NCBI RefSeq assembly: GCF_026210795.1
Contig: NC_089434.1
Span: 2,666,001 to 2,730,000 of the forward strand
Direction: 5' to 3'
DNA length: 64,000 nt
From: Rhizophagus irregularis
Lineage: Eukaryota
Shown here in pieces: positions 50,918 to 64,000 of the stretch (position 1 is its first letter; every line of letters begins with the position of its first letter). The notes under the pieces were generated by a model. It did no database searches, had not been told where the DNA came from, and saw only the letters and a program-made list of their open reading frames with translations. Both the position numbers and the translations under genes were made by a program.

Positions 50918-53900
50918 TTATTTTCTAAAAAATCCTAATACACAGAGATTATAATGTAATAATTCTTCTATCCTTTTCCATTCTTTTTTATGTTCATTTA
51001 ATATAGAAGTTAAATGATTATAAAGTTGTTGATCATCATTATTTGATAAAATAATATCCCCGTAAATTTTTAAAAAATGATTTAAATAAGCTTGTACTAA
51101 TTCAAAATCTTTTTTTGTTTTTAATTTAAATTCAATCGCATTTAAAAAATATTTTAAATCTAAAAAATTATTTTCTAGACTTAATGATCTTAATTCAAAA
51201 TCAATTGCTGAAGGATTTAAAGTCTTCGTGAATTCAAAAAATTCTGTATCTATATATGATGGGAAAATTATATGATGGGAAATGATAATAATAATAATAA
51301 TAATATTTTTTTAAATAAATTATTAATTAAATTATTTTATTAAAAAATGTTTAAAAAAAAAGATTAACTTACAATCTCCTTCTTCTTGATTCTTTTTTAA
51401 TATTCTCGCGAATTCTGTTTCTACTTTAATATCAGACATTTTTATATTCTTGGATTTTTCCTTGTCTTTAGAATCATTTGAATTATTTACTGGTATAAAT
51501 TTAGGATCAACTCCAGGCAACGTAGGTAAGAAAAATGGTGCTTTATCATCTACTTTTGGAGGTTCTTTGGGTTTATTTCTTTTCTATTATTGATATGGGG
51601 TATTATTGAGAGTGTTATTGACAGAGTGTTATTGACATGAAGTGTTATTGATATAGGGTATTATTGACATAGGGCGTTAAAAATCAAATAATTACTAACA
51701 ACTAATTAATAATTAAATCATATTCACAAATACCTTAATAGTCTCCAAGTTTAACAAATTTTGCCATTTGGATTTTGGCATTGATGATAATGTTATCATT
51801 TGTTCTGAGAGTTGTTCTGCAGTTTCAAATGATTTTTCATCTTCCTTATCATTAACTACTTCATCAGATTCATCTAAAATAAAATAATTCGTGTTATCAT
51901 TTGAATAGATTCATTAGAATTATGGTTATATTATTTATACCTTCATTATCACTTTCCAATCCAGTTGTAGTCGGAAGCGCTACTGTATATATTATTTCAT
52001 CGTCACTTATGTTTCGTAAGGATACATTATGAAATTGTGCACGGTTCGCCCTAACATAGATCAAAAAAAAAAACTTTCTATTATCTTTGCGTGTTAAAAA
52101 AAACGGATTAATGGTTTTTTTTCCGATTAGTTACCACAAAAATATTCCAACATTGTTAACATGTGAAGTGGCCAAAAAATCACCAGTTGGAGAAAATGTA
52201 ACACTCGTGGGTATGTCTTCCACCCGAAAGATATCAACTAAATGACCCGTAGGTAAATCCCAAGTACGAATTGTAGTATCAAGAGATGTGGAAACAATCC
52301 ATCTTCCATCAGGACTAAATGTCTGTAATATGTTAAATAATATTATAATCTTGTAATATACTATTTTTTTTAAATTAATCATGGAAAACCTACCAAATCT
52401 GAGATCCTATTCCGATGACCCCAAAATTCTCTTACAACTTTGCGAGTTTCTATATCAATTACACGTATACATAAATCATCACTAGTAATCGCTAATAAAT
52501 CATTGTTGCAATGAAATAACATGGTGGAAATAGGTGACATGATCTTAATAGTATGTAGCACTTTCGCTGTATGGAAATCCCATATCTAAAGCATTATAAA
52601 AGTTTTGACGATGTTAATAAACGCAAGCCAAAAGTCAAGACATTGATAATCAATTACCTTAACAGTACCATCAAGAGAACTACTAATTAATATTCTATTA
52701 ACTGGATCACTTGCTAAACCAGATATTGATTTGACATGTCCTACATCACCAATTAGACTATTTAATAACCAATGATTTGCAGATGAAGTTAACAAGAAAA
52801 TTTATATGTACCATCATTTCCAGCAAAAGTTCTTCTATGTAATCCAGATTGCATATTAAACATTTCGATTCCACCAGATGATGTTCCAATAAATCCAAAA
52901 TTTCCACATGCACTTATATTTGATGCCTAAATTAATAAATTAATTTTAAGATTTTTTTTAAAAAAAGAAAATTCTTTATTGCACGCACCTTAATCGATGT
53001 TCCATCAAGAGTTTTAAAAATATGTTCTCCTAGAGCTTTTCTCTGAAATGACCATGTTCGAGCTCTTGAATCATTAATATGACATGTAAGGATATTATCC
53101 CATTCTTTTTGTTTAGATTCGGCTAAAAAAAAAAGTAATTATTGTTTAAAAAAAAGGTACGATAGATATTATAATCACTAAAGTAATATCTTACATGATG
53201 AAAAATCCGTAATCTGGGGAAATTTAAGTTCATCAACATGCTTTTTTGAACGCTTGGATTGTTTAATAATGGATCCTAAAAATTATTAAATTTATTAATA
53301 TAATGATTTAATTGTAATTACTGAAAAAAAATTATTTTGAATTGATACAGTAAAGTAAGAGATTTATAACCTTGCGATAATTCTACACTCTGAGAATCGC
53401 GAATTACAGAAAATACTCTAAGTGACCTGTCTCCTGCTGCACTAAGAATGAAATGTCCAGAAGACCCATAATATTTGATCTTTGTTGGAGGTGAATGATG
53501 GCCACTACGCGACTTAAGAACACGATGTTCAAATCCATCTCGCCCTTCAAAAATCCATTCCTAAGAATAAATGTAAAATAAATCTTAACCTTTAGAATTA
53601 ATATTATAATGATATTAAAAATATATTTATACCTTAATCGAATTATCAGCGCCAGATGTTATTAATATTGGTTGTCCAATAAGGAATTGCATTGAAGGAA
53701 TTAATCCATCATGGGCACCTTTAATCACATTATATAATTTCTGCTTATCAAGATCCCACATAGATATATCTCCATGCATATTAGCAGAAGCCATGACATG
53801 CCTATCGTCTATAAAACACGTTTAGTTAGAGAGGTTGACTAACATTATAACAATATTGATGATACATATGATGATAATTTTTTCAAAAATACCAGTTCTG

Positions 53901-55028
53901 AACGAAATTGAAGTAACGCATCCCTCTTGCTTTAATGACATTATACTCTCATCCAATTTAATATTATGCAAAATTATTGTTCCATTAAGTAAACCAATAG
54001 CGATAACATCCACAACAGGAGACTGTGTAAGGAAAGTAATTGGAGATTCAAATGAAGGAAATGAATATATCATTTTCCTATCACATAAAAGTAAAAAAAA
54101 AGGAAAATAGAAAATATAAATAAAAAATAAAATTAACAAAATTATTTAAAATGATATAAATACTTTGTGCGAACATTCCAAATTTGCATTTTTCCTTGTC
54201 TACTACCAATCAATATTTTGTTTAGATAAGTGCTTGGATGGATGACCGTTGATAAAGTAAAATCCTCATCAAATTTAATTTCATCATAAAATTCTATTCA
54301 AATGTAATTTTTTTAAAGTTAAATTCCATCAAGATATTTTTTCTAAAAAAAAAACTAACAAATTTCATACCTCCAGAAGTATGGTCCCATAAAGTAAGTA
54401 CATTATCATCGTTTAAAGCAATAATATAATTACTAAAAATTATAAGCGAAAATATATTTCCCTTGATATTTCCAGTATATCTAGTAACCTAAAAAACTCG
54501 TCTAAATTACTAAAATTTTTGAAATTAAAATGGAATAGTAAAAGTTGAAAAATCACCTCTTTACCACGATGATAAACGATGATTTCTTTTCCACATGCAG
54601 CAAAAGTATCTTCATTTAATGATGCAATAGCCGTAATAGGTTGATTTGTTTGAGGACCTTATCGATAAATAAACGTTAATAAATAAATGGTATTGAATAA
54701 TTCTAACACGAATGGAACATACCTATAGTTATCAAATTTAGTTTCCCGCACTTGAAATATGCAAATATAATAACAAATTATTATTACTTTTATTAAAGTA
54801 TTGATATAATTTGTAAGAAAAATAATAAACCTGTTTTTAACATACTTCATATACATGAAAACTATTACCAACACAAGTTGTGAGGTAATATACGTCTCCT
54901 CTTTTCTGAATATCAAAAGGTATATCATTTGCAAAATATCCTATTGCGCGAAAAGGTTGAAAAATTTTAGTGTGATTACTTGGTGTTTGAATTTTATCAT
55001 TTTTTTCTAATCTGATTTTCTTGAACAT
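50918..55028 (-). CDS. UTP21: U3 snoRNA-associated protein Utp21 (WDR36), WD40 repeats, many exons
   Basis: IFQPFRAIGY, HPSTYLNKI, QSPVVDVIAIG, RSGHHSPPT, FSPDGRWIV, FSPTGDFLAT, PKSKWQNLLNLETIK, KAPFFLPT and DFELVQAY. Confidence 0.96.
51585..51678. repeat. Intronic minisatellite in UTP21 (~6 units of ~14-16 bp, core g(t)gttattga)
   Basis: gggtattattga, gtgttattgac, gtgttattgac, gtgttattgat, ggtattattgac. Confidence 0.75.
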
Positions 55029-55414
55029 TTCGAATCAAAAAGAAAAAAAATTTTGAATTGATAATCGGGGGTTCAAAATCGGAAATCTGTGACAGGTACC
55101 CTAGGTTGGAGATAAATTGATATCACGTGCAATTTGCCGATCAAAATGTACTATGAGAGATAATTGTGTAAAAAATTTTAATATGTACTTGTAAAGCAAT
55201 GAATGAATTGGAATAATGAAAAAAAAAATAACAAAGACAAAAATTTTTCGGTAAAAAACGAGAGTGAGAATGTACAAAAAAGCAATAAAGCATAAAGCAA
55301 TAAAGCATAATAAAACATGATTGGTAAATTATTTTAAACCACCAAATATTTTTTTTTTGATTTTTTATTTTTTTTTATTTTTTGAATTTTTTTTCATTTT
55401 TTATTTTTTATTTA

Positions 55415-55445
<31 letters not shown>

Positions 55446-55922
55446 TTTTTTTAATTAAAACCTCGCATTCTCGCATTCTTTTGACCAAATAAAGATAACT
55501 AAGAAACCAATTTATATTTTTTGATTGGATGTTAAAGACGAAAATTTAAAATGATCATGTTAAAATATTATTGCATACACGAAAATTAGAAAGAAGCCAT
55601 CGATTGAATTACTTTTTAGATGAGTTAGTAAGAAGGTTAGAATCTGCGCAATTTGATAATCCAACTTAAAGTCCAAGCCCACACAATTGTTCGCGACCTG
55701 TCAATAGATTTACTGAATCTGCGAAGTTTAATAAAGAAAATTCTTCATATCTTCTCTTTTCTCCCGAACTTGTGAAGTAACTCCAGCATTAGCATTTCCA
55801 TGTGACAATATATATCGAATTCACGACATAGTAACACGATAATTAAATAACTCCTGGATCGATTAGTTGTCATGTTCGATTTATTACTCTGCAAGTCTAC
55901 AACGTAAACGCTCAGATTATCT

Positions 55923-56091
55923 CCCTATAAAAAATTTTATCCGTTTTTTTCTATAAAAACTCCGTAAAAATGAGCCTTTCACGGATCCATTCACGGAAAA
56001 TGTAAATAATTCGATAAATTCCGCGATATAAGGTTATTAATTCACGGAAAAAAAATGGAATATAAAAAACGGATTGACTTTTTTTACAGGG
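55923..56091. mobile_element. CCC-terminal MITE, copy 2
   Basis: CCCTATAAAAAA...TTTTTTACAGGG; TSD TCT on both sides. Confidence 0.9.
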
Positions 56092-56671
56092 TCTGATCAG
56101 TTTGGTCTGTAGTATTTTAATTAATATAAAGAATATGTATCGTGGACTGTATTCGCGTGCTACTACTATTAAGCAAAGCGATATTCTTTCGGAACTAAAG
56201 TACGCCAGTTGGATACAAAAATACGAACATTTTAGACACTGTTTTCACTGGTTACGCTCCAATTCCATTATGAAGATATTTAATTTTATAAAAAATTTTC
56301 AGATCTCCGCCGTATATTCCTATATATACTGTAATACGTTCAAATTTCTTTATGGGTAGGTATCCATTATATTCTTTTTAGGATGAAAGAAGTAGTTTCT
56401 CAACACTTTCTTAAGATTGGCTCCCAATATAATTTATGCTTCCAGTTGTTTTATTGCAAGTTGAAACAGAAGTATTTGATATAACTTTCGTCAAACGACA
56501 AGTCTTCTTTATTTGTAATAATTTCGATATGTCTCTTGACTTATCTTCTCTACAAAGATTGTGGGAGTTCTCAGTAATTGTAACTATTGTGAACGCCACA
56601 TATAGTTAGTCTTTTGTTCCGGTCTCTTATCAGATAGGCTACTCCTAATATAAAATGTCAAAAAGCAAATA

Positions 56672-57580
56672 CAGAGGGTGATCAAAATTATCCGGCCAGT
56701 TTATTTTGCTAAAATTTTGTTGATCATGATGTGTTAATGTAATATAAATAAGATATAATTTTGTATTTATAATCACAATAAACAAATTCCAATGCTTCAT
56801 ATTTTTCGAAAATATGAAGTCACCCTATTGTATGAATTTTATAAATTTTACAATTTTGTGTAAACAAACTTAAAAATATTAAAAATATCATAATTTCGCC
56901 AATATCGATCTGATCGACCTGTGCTTACCGCCATTCGAATCGTCTCAATGAGACGGATCAAAAGAGCTATAAATCGTAAAATTTTAACCACAGGATCAGA
57001 AAATATCGCAGATGACATTTAGGCTTTTAGAGCGTAATCATGTGATGAATATCGATCCTACAAACATTAAATTATTACCATTCAAATCCTCTCAATGAGA
57101 CGAATCTGATGAACCAAAAATTTCAAAATTTCAATCACTAGATCTCAAAATAACCTTAACATACAATTTTAAATTTTAAAATTCGCGAATTTCGCAAACT
57201 TGAAAAATTTATAATTTACATAGTATTACATTTGCATAATACCTGTAATTAATATGTAATATAATGGCATAATACTTTTTCAACATTATGCTTGCATACC
57301 TTATTAAATTTTCTGATAAAACTACTTGAAACGTACTATGTTAAAGTTGCATTGAAAGGTATTCCTCCAGAATATTATAAAAAATCTATCAATAGCATAT
57401 TTCTGTGAATTGGGGAGTTATTTTTGCAAATGGAGATAGAATTTATTATTAAAATTTTATCTGAATTAGTAAACAAAGACATAATGAATTTGTTTAACTT
57501 AAATTTTTATTATTGCTATATTATATATATATAAATTTTTTCAACTTGAAAAGTGGCCGGATAATTCTGATCGCCCTCTG
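56672..57580. mobile_element. 909-bp non-autonomous Tc1/mariner element
   Basis: ~31-bp TIRs CAGAGGG(T/C)GATCA(A/G)AATTATCCGGCCA(G/C)TTT and TA TSD. No ORF. Internal duplicated unit containing tctcaatgagacg. Confidence 0.9.
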
Positions 57581-58537
57581 TATTTATGCTTTATCTTGAA
57601 TTATACAAAACCTACCTCTATGGAAAAGGAAATCGTTGGATAGTTGTCCAACATTTTTTTTTAAATTTAAATTTTAAAGGTACTATATATTATTATTTTT
57701 GGAATCATATCAATTTATTTTCTCAAGACAATAACAGTACAATGTAAATTTTATGAACTAAGGAAACGCGAGGACATACTATAATAATAGATTTGCTAAA
57801 GAATATGAGTGGATAATGGAATGAATAATTCTCCATTTACACCAAGTTTGGAATAAAAAAGTGGACAGGCTATTCCGGCACATGATTCAATTCAACTTGG
57901 TTTTTTTTTTTGAGTAAAAACATGCGATATACGGCAAATTTGCCTAAATCTAACTAATAAAAAAATAACGATGGTCTATTAATTTCAAATGTTCTTCTTT
58001 TTCAACTTAATAAAAATCATAGTTAAAGAAGTGTTTTGAATATGACAATTTTCTCAGACTCCATTGTTTAAAGAAGACTTCCATACGTCACGCGTTCTTT
58101 CTCTTTATAACTTGGTAGTAAGTAGATGCATAAATCAAACGCACAATTTTGCATATCACGGATTTTTGAGAATTATATTTTATAATAAATTTTCTTAAAA
58201 AACTGAGAATTGAGACTATATTAAGAATTCGAAATAAAAATGATTTTGAGTGAAAAAGAATTTTTCTGTGTATATTAATTTAGTTACCTGATATAAACGC
58301 GTGAGCTCGTTAGTTAGTCCACCGTTGCATTTCTGTAATAATATTATTTCGTTAAATAGCAATAATTTGTCAAGTAGTAAGATAGAATAAAGATTTTTAC
58401 TTATTATGATCCCTTTTGTACGAGAATGACGTACGGATAAATATGATCCAAAGACATACCTCATTATATAAAATATAGTAGATGATATAAAACCTAGACA
58501 TCGTCAAGGAAGTTAATTATAAAATTATTTATTTATG

Positions 58538-58715
58538 CCCTATAAAAAATTTTCTCCGTTATTTCTGTAAAAACTCCGTAAAAATGAGCCTTTCACGGAT
58601 CCATTCACGGAAAATGTAAATAATTCGATAAATTCCGTGATATAAAGTTATTAATTCCGGAAATATGAGCTTTTTACGGAAAAAAGATGGAATAAAAAAG
58701 ACTTTTTTTACAGGG
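58538..58715. mobile_element. CCC-terminal MITE, copy 3
   Basis: Same termini and body as copies 1 and 2. Flanks are ATG/CAT, with no direct 3-bp TSD adjacent. Confidence 0.88.
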
Positions 58716-60728
58716 CATTATTAATAGTTAATAAAAATAGTAATATATTAGAGAGCTGAGAAATCGATACTTCCACGTTTACTACATCATAAAATACTGG
58801 TCAAACGCCGCGCAATACATTAATTATATATAATGATAATGCCAAAGATCCATTCTCCTTTCTTATGATTTCAAGTTTTTCAACCATGACCTATTGAAGG
58901 TATTTACATTTTCCTAGAATATTTTATATAGCGATATAATATTAAATGACTGTAGCTCAAACGCGATTATGTATCATGGTCAGATTTGACCATGCGCCAA
59001 ATGTGTGTGATAATTAGAATTAATCTTTGTTGAATGTGGAACATCAAATATTCCTGTTCCATGATAATTTGGGATATGACCGGTAACCATGCTCCAAAGG
59101 TATCGACCACAACGGAGTATAATACGATAGGTCATAGGTGTAATATCGGTATTCCAAATGAATTAATCTCATTAAATTCAGATAGATAAAATGCGATCAT
59201 GTGATAAATCAGAAGCGTATGATATTACGCTTATTCTGATACAAATTAGGTCGTGAGAAACATAATAAGTTGTACAATTTTCCATCATCTAAAATTCCAA
59301 ATGACCCCTGCATTATGATGGCAAAACTTTATCTGTTATAATTCTAAATGAACAATAAATTATATGAACAATGATGAGTCACTTATAACTGTAAACTGTA
59401 ACAACTTTAATGACTTTGAAGCAGATAGGTAAATAAGAACAAAAGCGGAATAATTGATGATTACAGTAGTACTATACTACAGTTAAATATTCGATTTGTC
59501 GTAATAAAGAACTTATGTACTAAACATCTGTTTATTTGTGGCAATATTGTTGATATTTATGCAAAGATATCTAAATAGTACGCACATATATATATATAAA
59601 CAACAAATACTTAATTAGGTGGTTCCGAAACAATACGTAACCGTATATAACGTTGTACAGTAGTTCATTGAGATGATGTTTAATATATGCGCGGTTTTCT
59701 TAAGGTTTCCATATTTTTTTTTGCTGCAGTAATTTGCGAAGATTAGTTCATTAACTGTTGACAATTAATAATTAATCCGGTGTAGATCATTTACTTATGA
59801 TTACTAACAGATATTTTTATTTATTAAATACTTGTTTATATAATGTGTACATGCATATCTGCTGTATTAAAAAACAAATTATTATCAGAATGTGGTGGTG
59901 ATAACATGCTCTGCACTAATTTGATATTTTTAATAAAAAAAAATACGATTTATCGTTGTACCAAAAAAAAATAAAATAAAATAAAACCTGAAACAAAAAA
60001 AAAAATATTCACACGGAATAAAAAATATATACAACATATGATTATTGTTCAATGGTTATTACTAGTACATAAAAATAATCGGTTGGCACACTTCACGAGG
60101 CAATTTTATTATGCATTATGTCATTTTGGTAGAGATGATAAATTAACGTATTTTTTTAAATTTTTTACTTTTAAGTGCGTAAGGTAATGAATTAATTCTT
60201 TAATTCAATGATTATTTGTCAAAAAATTTAAGTGATGAATCACCAATTATGCTAAAATATAAGGTGCATCATGCATGGAAATATTTTATATAGCATTAAA
60301 AAAAAATACAAAAAAAAAAATTTTTTACGAATTCCTTAGTTGTGAAAATCTTGCGAAAATTTTTTAATTATTATTACGTAAAACGATGAATTTACAATTA
60401 AATTAATACAAATAATGAGAATTATAAATTCTAACCTTAATTTTATTTGTTTTACTTATGTGTTGGTGTTCTGATAAACATAATAAACATTTTATGCAGC
60501 TATCAGTTTATCTGCCAAAAATATCTCGAATATCTGTTGCGCCACACTCTACAATTCAAGAATATTATTACGAAACAGATATTTTAACTGTTAAAGACAA
60601 TTTACAAATTAGTAAATATTAAGGAGAACCCAACACACCGAACTTATTTAAAGGACTCCTGTTTGATTGTTGAATCGAAATTTTTAAATTCTTATTCTTC
60701 ATCATCAAACATTAAAATCGTATTAAAA

Positions 60729-62064
60729 ATGACTCAAAACAATGTTACACAACTGGATTGTCCCGAATTCGGACAGAATCAAATACAACAAATGCTTATA
60801 TATAATTTGTCTAATGCTTACGGATCGTATTCAGCTTCAAATTCACCAATTTCTCAGATTTCACCCATGGCACTTCGCAATAACCGACGTATATTTGCGC
60901 CAATTCTAGCCCAATCACCATATAGATTATGTGAAGCTAATGCATATCAATTACAAAGTAGTTTAGGTGAACAAACTTTAGCTGCATATCAAAATTATCC
61001 ACAACACGTACATCAATTACGAAATAGTTTAAGCGAACAAACTTTTGCTGCATATCAAAGTTATCCACAACACGTACATCAATTACGAAATAGTTTAAGC
61101 GAACAAACTTTTGCTGCATATCAAAATTATTTACAACACGTACATCAATTGCAAAATAGTTTAAGCGAACAAACTTTTGCTGCATATCAAAGTTATCATC
61201 CACAACACGTACATCAATTACGAAATAGTTTAAGCGAACAAACTTTAGCTGCATATCAAAATTATTTACAACACGTACATCAATTACGAAATAGTTTAAG
61301 TGAACAAACTTATCAAAGTTATCCACAACAGTCACAACAATCTCCGCTTATATATCACAGTTATCCACAACAATTACAAACATCAACATCAGGCACGTAT
61401 AGCATAGATCAAAATGGAGAACCTGAAGTATTGCTATTATCACCTCAATCGAATCATACAGCAATGCCAGTAGAGAATTTAATAAATTCCCAAAAACTTC
61501 AAAAAAATTGTAAAATTAAGAATATTCAATTCACGACGAAAATTGCATCCAATAAAAAAAGAGATCCTAACACTTTTGAATTAATTCTTAAAGATAAGAA
61601 ATCTATCATACCAAGAACGTACGAATATATTTATTATATTCAAGATTAATCTTTTTCTTAATTAAATTACTAATAATTAAATTACTAATTAATTACTACT
61701 TTTGTTTAAATATAAAAATGTTAGGAAGAAAATAATGAAATTTGTTCATTTCAACGATTATTCGGCTATTGGAATCAGACGATCAGTTGAAGATGTATAT
61801 CCAGAACTAAAAATTGAAGATTGGGATTTTTTTAAATGCGAATCCGTTAAACGTAAATCGGCCGATGCACGCGGATCACATAAACTTGTGGCTGCCAACG
61901 ATCCACAAAATGTAGATGAGATCAAGAGGTAATTATTAAAAAAGAATTGTCATTTTCATCATTGTTATTTGTTGTAAAATTTTAAATTTAAAACTTATGA
62001 TTGAATCAATCTTTTTAGCATTGCTGGTTTCAGAAATCGAATTTACGTAGGAGTTAAAAAATGA
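60729..62064 (+). CDS. Hypothetical protein with about six 22-aa Q/Y/S/H-rich tandem repeats and a basic globular C-terminal domain; 3 exons
   Basis: ATG 60729. Introns 61619-61724 and 61929-62018 join ORFs 60663-61649 and 61702-61932 and the last exon IAGFRNRIYVGVKK* in frame. Confidence 0.78.
60945..61330 (+). repeat. Coding 66-bp tandem repeat (about 6 units)
   Basis: (c/t)atcaatt units at 60945, 61011, 61077, 61143, 61212 and 61278. One unit is 3 nt longer and the last has an in-frame deletion. Confidence 0.95.
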
Positions 62065-64000
62065 GTGAAAACGATTTTACGTTTCATAAATATTCGTGTC
62101 AATTATAACACCGGATATTTGTTCACTGACCAGTTCGTAATCATTTGCTGACACAACAGTATATGCTGTTGAGATTACTTAAAAATGTTGTAACTACTAG
62201 TTAGCATATGAAAAAAAAAGAGATTAAATTATGAAAATAATTATAATTTATTATTCATTTGTATTACCATTCATTTGTATTATATTCATTTGTATTTATA
62301 AGGATGTCAAGTTTTATTTTCCTTTTTGTTTCCTACTCGAGCTTCCTTCTCTTCGATGGTTTATTATTATTTTTTTTTCTTTTTTTTTCTTATCATTAAT
62401 TAATTGGTTTAGTATATTTCTTTTAAATTTTGGTTTTTTTTTTTTGTGAATTTAAATTGAAGTTGAATTTTGTCTCAGTTTACAATAAATAATAAAATAA
62501 CAAAGTTATTATTTGCGATACAAAATTGTTCATTATGATGATTTTTAAGTAACATACATATTATTTTTGGATTTTATTACAATAACTGTGCAGTAAATAA
62601 ACTTAATATTGTTTACTATTTTTGATACGCAAAGGAGGTTATCAAAATTTTTTTTAGTACTCCGTTTTTTGTGATTGATATAATCTCATAATTTGATCCA
62701 TAATAGCTCGTTTCATCCGTTTCAATTGTTATTGCTATATCTCTTACTACCGCCACACTTGTTCAGTACTATATAAAATAGTTTTTGATTGCTTCAAGAT
62801 AAATGATACAGAATTATTAGTACAAGTATGTATGTGGGATCATTCCAATACCAAAAAATTCCAATGATAATCTACGGAGCCGGCCGATGGTTTCTGAGAA
62901 CAATATTTGTGAATACGCCCAATTAATTACAGATAATATTAACAGATATTATAAATAATTTTAAATTAGTTAAAATTATTGTTACATATTATTAAAGTTC
63001 AGGAAGATTTATTTCGTGAGAGGTGTGATAATAGCTTGCAAATGAGCATAATGAGCATTAATTTGTATAATTATCCTAAAATATACCAAATATGGTAATT
63101 TAAAACCTGATTTTTTTGCATGCAAATATTTTATTGTAGTACAAGCCCTTCTTGCAAAATTCCTTATTTGGAATAGCGAAAAATAGCTATAAATAATATT
63201 TATTAATTTGATTTGTTGATAGTGAAAGATTTACAAAAAATTTATCTTAAAAGGTATGAAACACAATTTTTATTTTAACGAAGATGTGTAATTCGATTAA
63301 TTTGTATTGCTGCTAATGGTTTTATCTTTAGTATAAATTATCTGTATAGTTTTCATGGCTAAATATCGCGTGACGTGATACAAAAGGAAATTTTAATATA
63401 GTCTTTTTTTTAAAAAATATTTGTATTTACAACTTGAGGGATGAATTCATAATTCGTTTAGATTGGATTGAGTCGATGCTTCACGTTTGAGGACTCAATT
63501 GGATTGGATTTTATTATAAAAATTTCCAATCTAGCGTAATACCCCACGATTGACAATACATTTATTATAAGAAACAATTTAAGTTAATACGTTAAATCTT
63601 TAATAAATTATTATTGGTCAGCCTATTAGTATTATATTTGCGCATGGCGTCTCGTGTTTAGTCATGTATATTATAAATGAACAAGTACAATTTTCTTTAC
63701 GTGACGTTAATAATGATACGTATTAAAACATCAATTAATGATACAACTTGGATAAATAAATTATGATTTAACAAAATATTTCTGTATTAGGTAATATTTA
63801 GTTAAAGAGAGGTGACAAATTGTGAAGTTATCTATAGATCATACCAACCACAATATACCAACCCACAAACCCACTAATTAATCACCACACCAATCACTCC
63901 AACTCACATCACCTCTCATTTTACCCATATAATCATATAATTTTGAACTATGGGACTAAGGACCAAGGATTAAACACAGGTTTCTCTACTAAACTTCAAA

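Noticed and set aside
55600..56620. Possible pseudogene around MITE copy 2
   Set aside because: Coding-like composition, but no consistent frame or recognisable motif could be reconstructed.
58800..59300. Slightly GC-richer stretch with short protein-like frames
   Set aside because: No ORF of 60 aa or more, no motif and no splice model.
60937..61335. Antisense repeat ORF, and a possible CRISPR-like array
   Set aside because: Shadow of the 66-bp coding repeat. Units are contiguous with no unique spacers, and the context is eukaryotic.

Overview
Very AT-rich, intron-rich eukaryotic DNA. Gene content and composition point to a glomeromycotan (arbuscular mycorrhizal) fungus, most like Rhizophagus; this is an inference. 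The left end (1.6-9.0 kb) holds five intact paralogs of an unrecognised ~160-180 aa protein family in two subtypes, arranged as an inverted duplication (A+ B+ / C- B'- A'-). The A/A'/C genes have a 4-nt ATGG first coding exon, and C has a GC-AG intron. Next come a large TRP-like channel gene surrounded by three dead copies of another unknown family, and a GPI-type AGL-like surface protein with an 8-Cys domain. Conserved genes follow: an RmlD/MAT2B-like reductase, MRP51, NDUFA4-like, an SLC35/DMT transporter, SNF7 and UTP21. The window also has a PPR pseudogene split by a MITE, a 22-aa-repeat Q/Y/S-rich protein, five families of small non-autonomous transposons with readable ends, and two extremely AT-rich relic blocks showing CpG-deamination signatures. 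No rRNA, tRNA or CRISPR could be supported. All identities come from reading the sequence; no searches were run.
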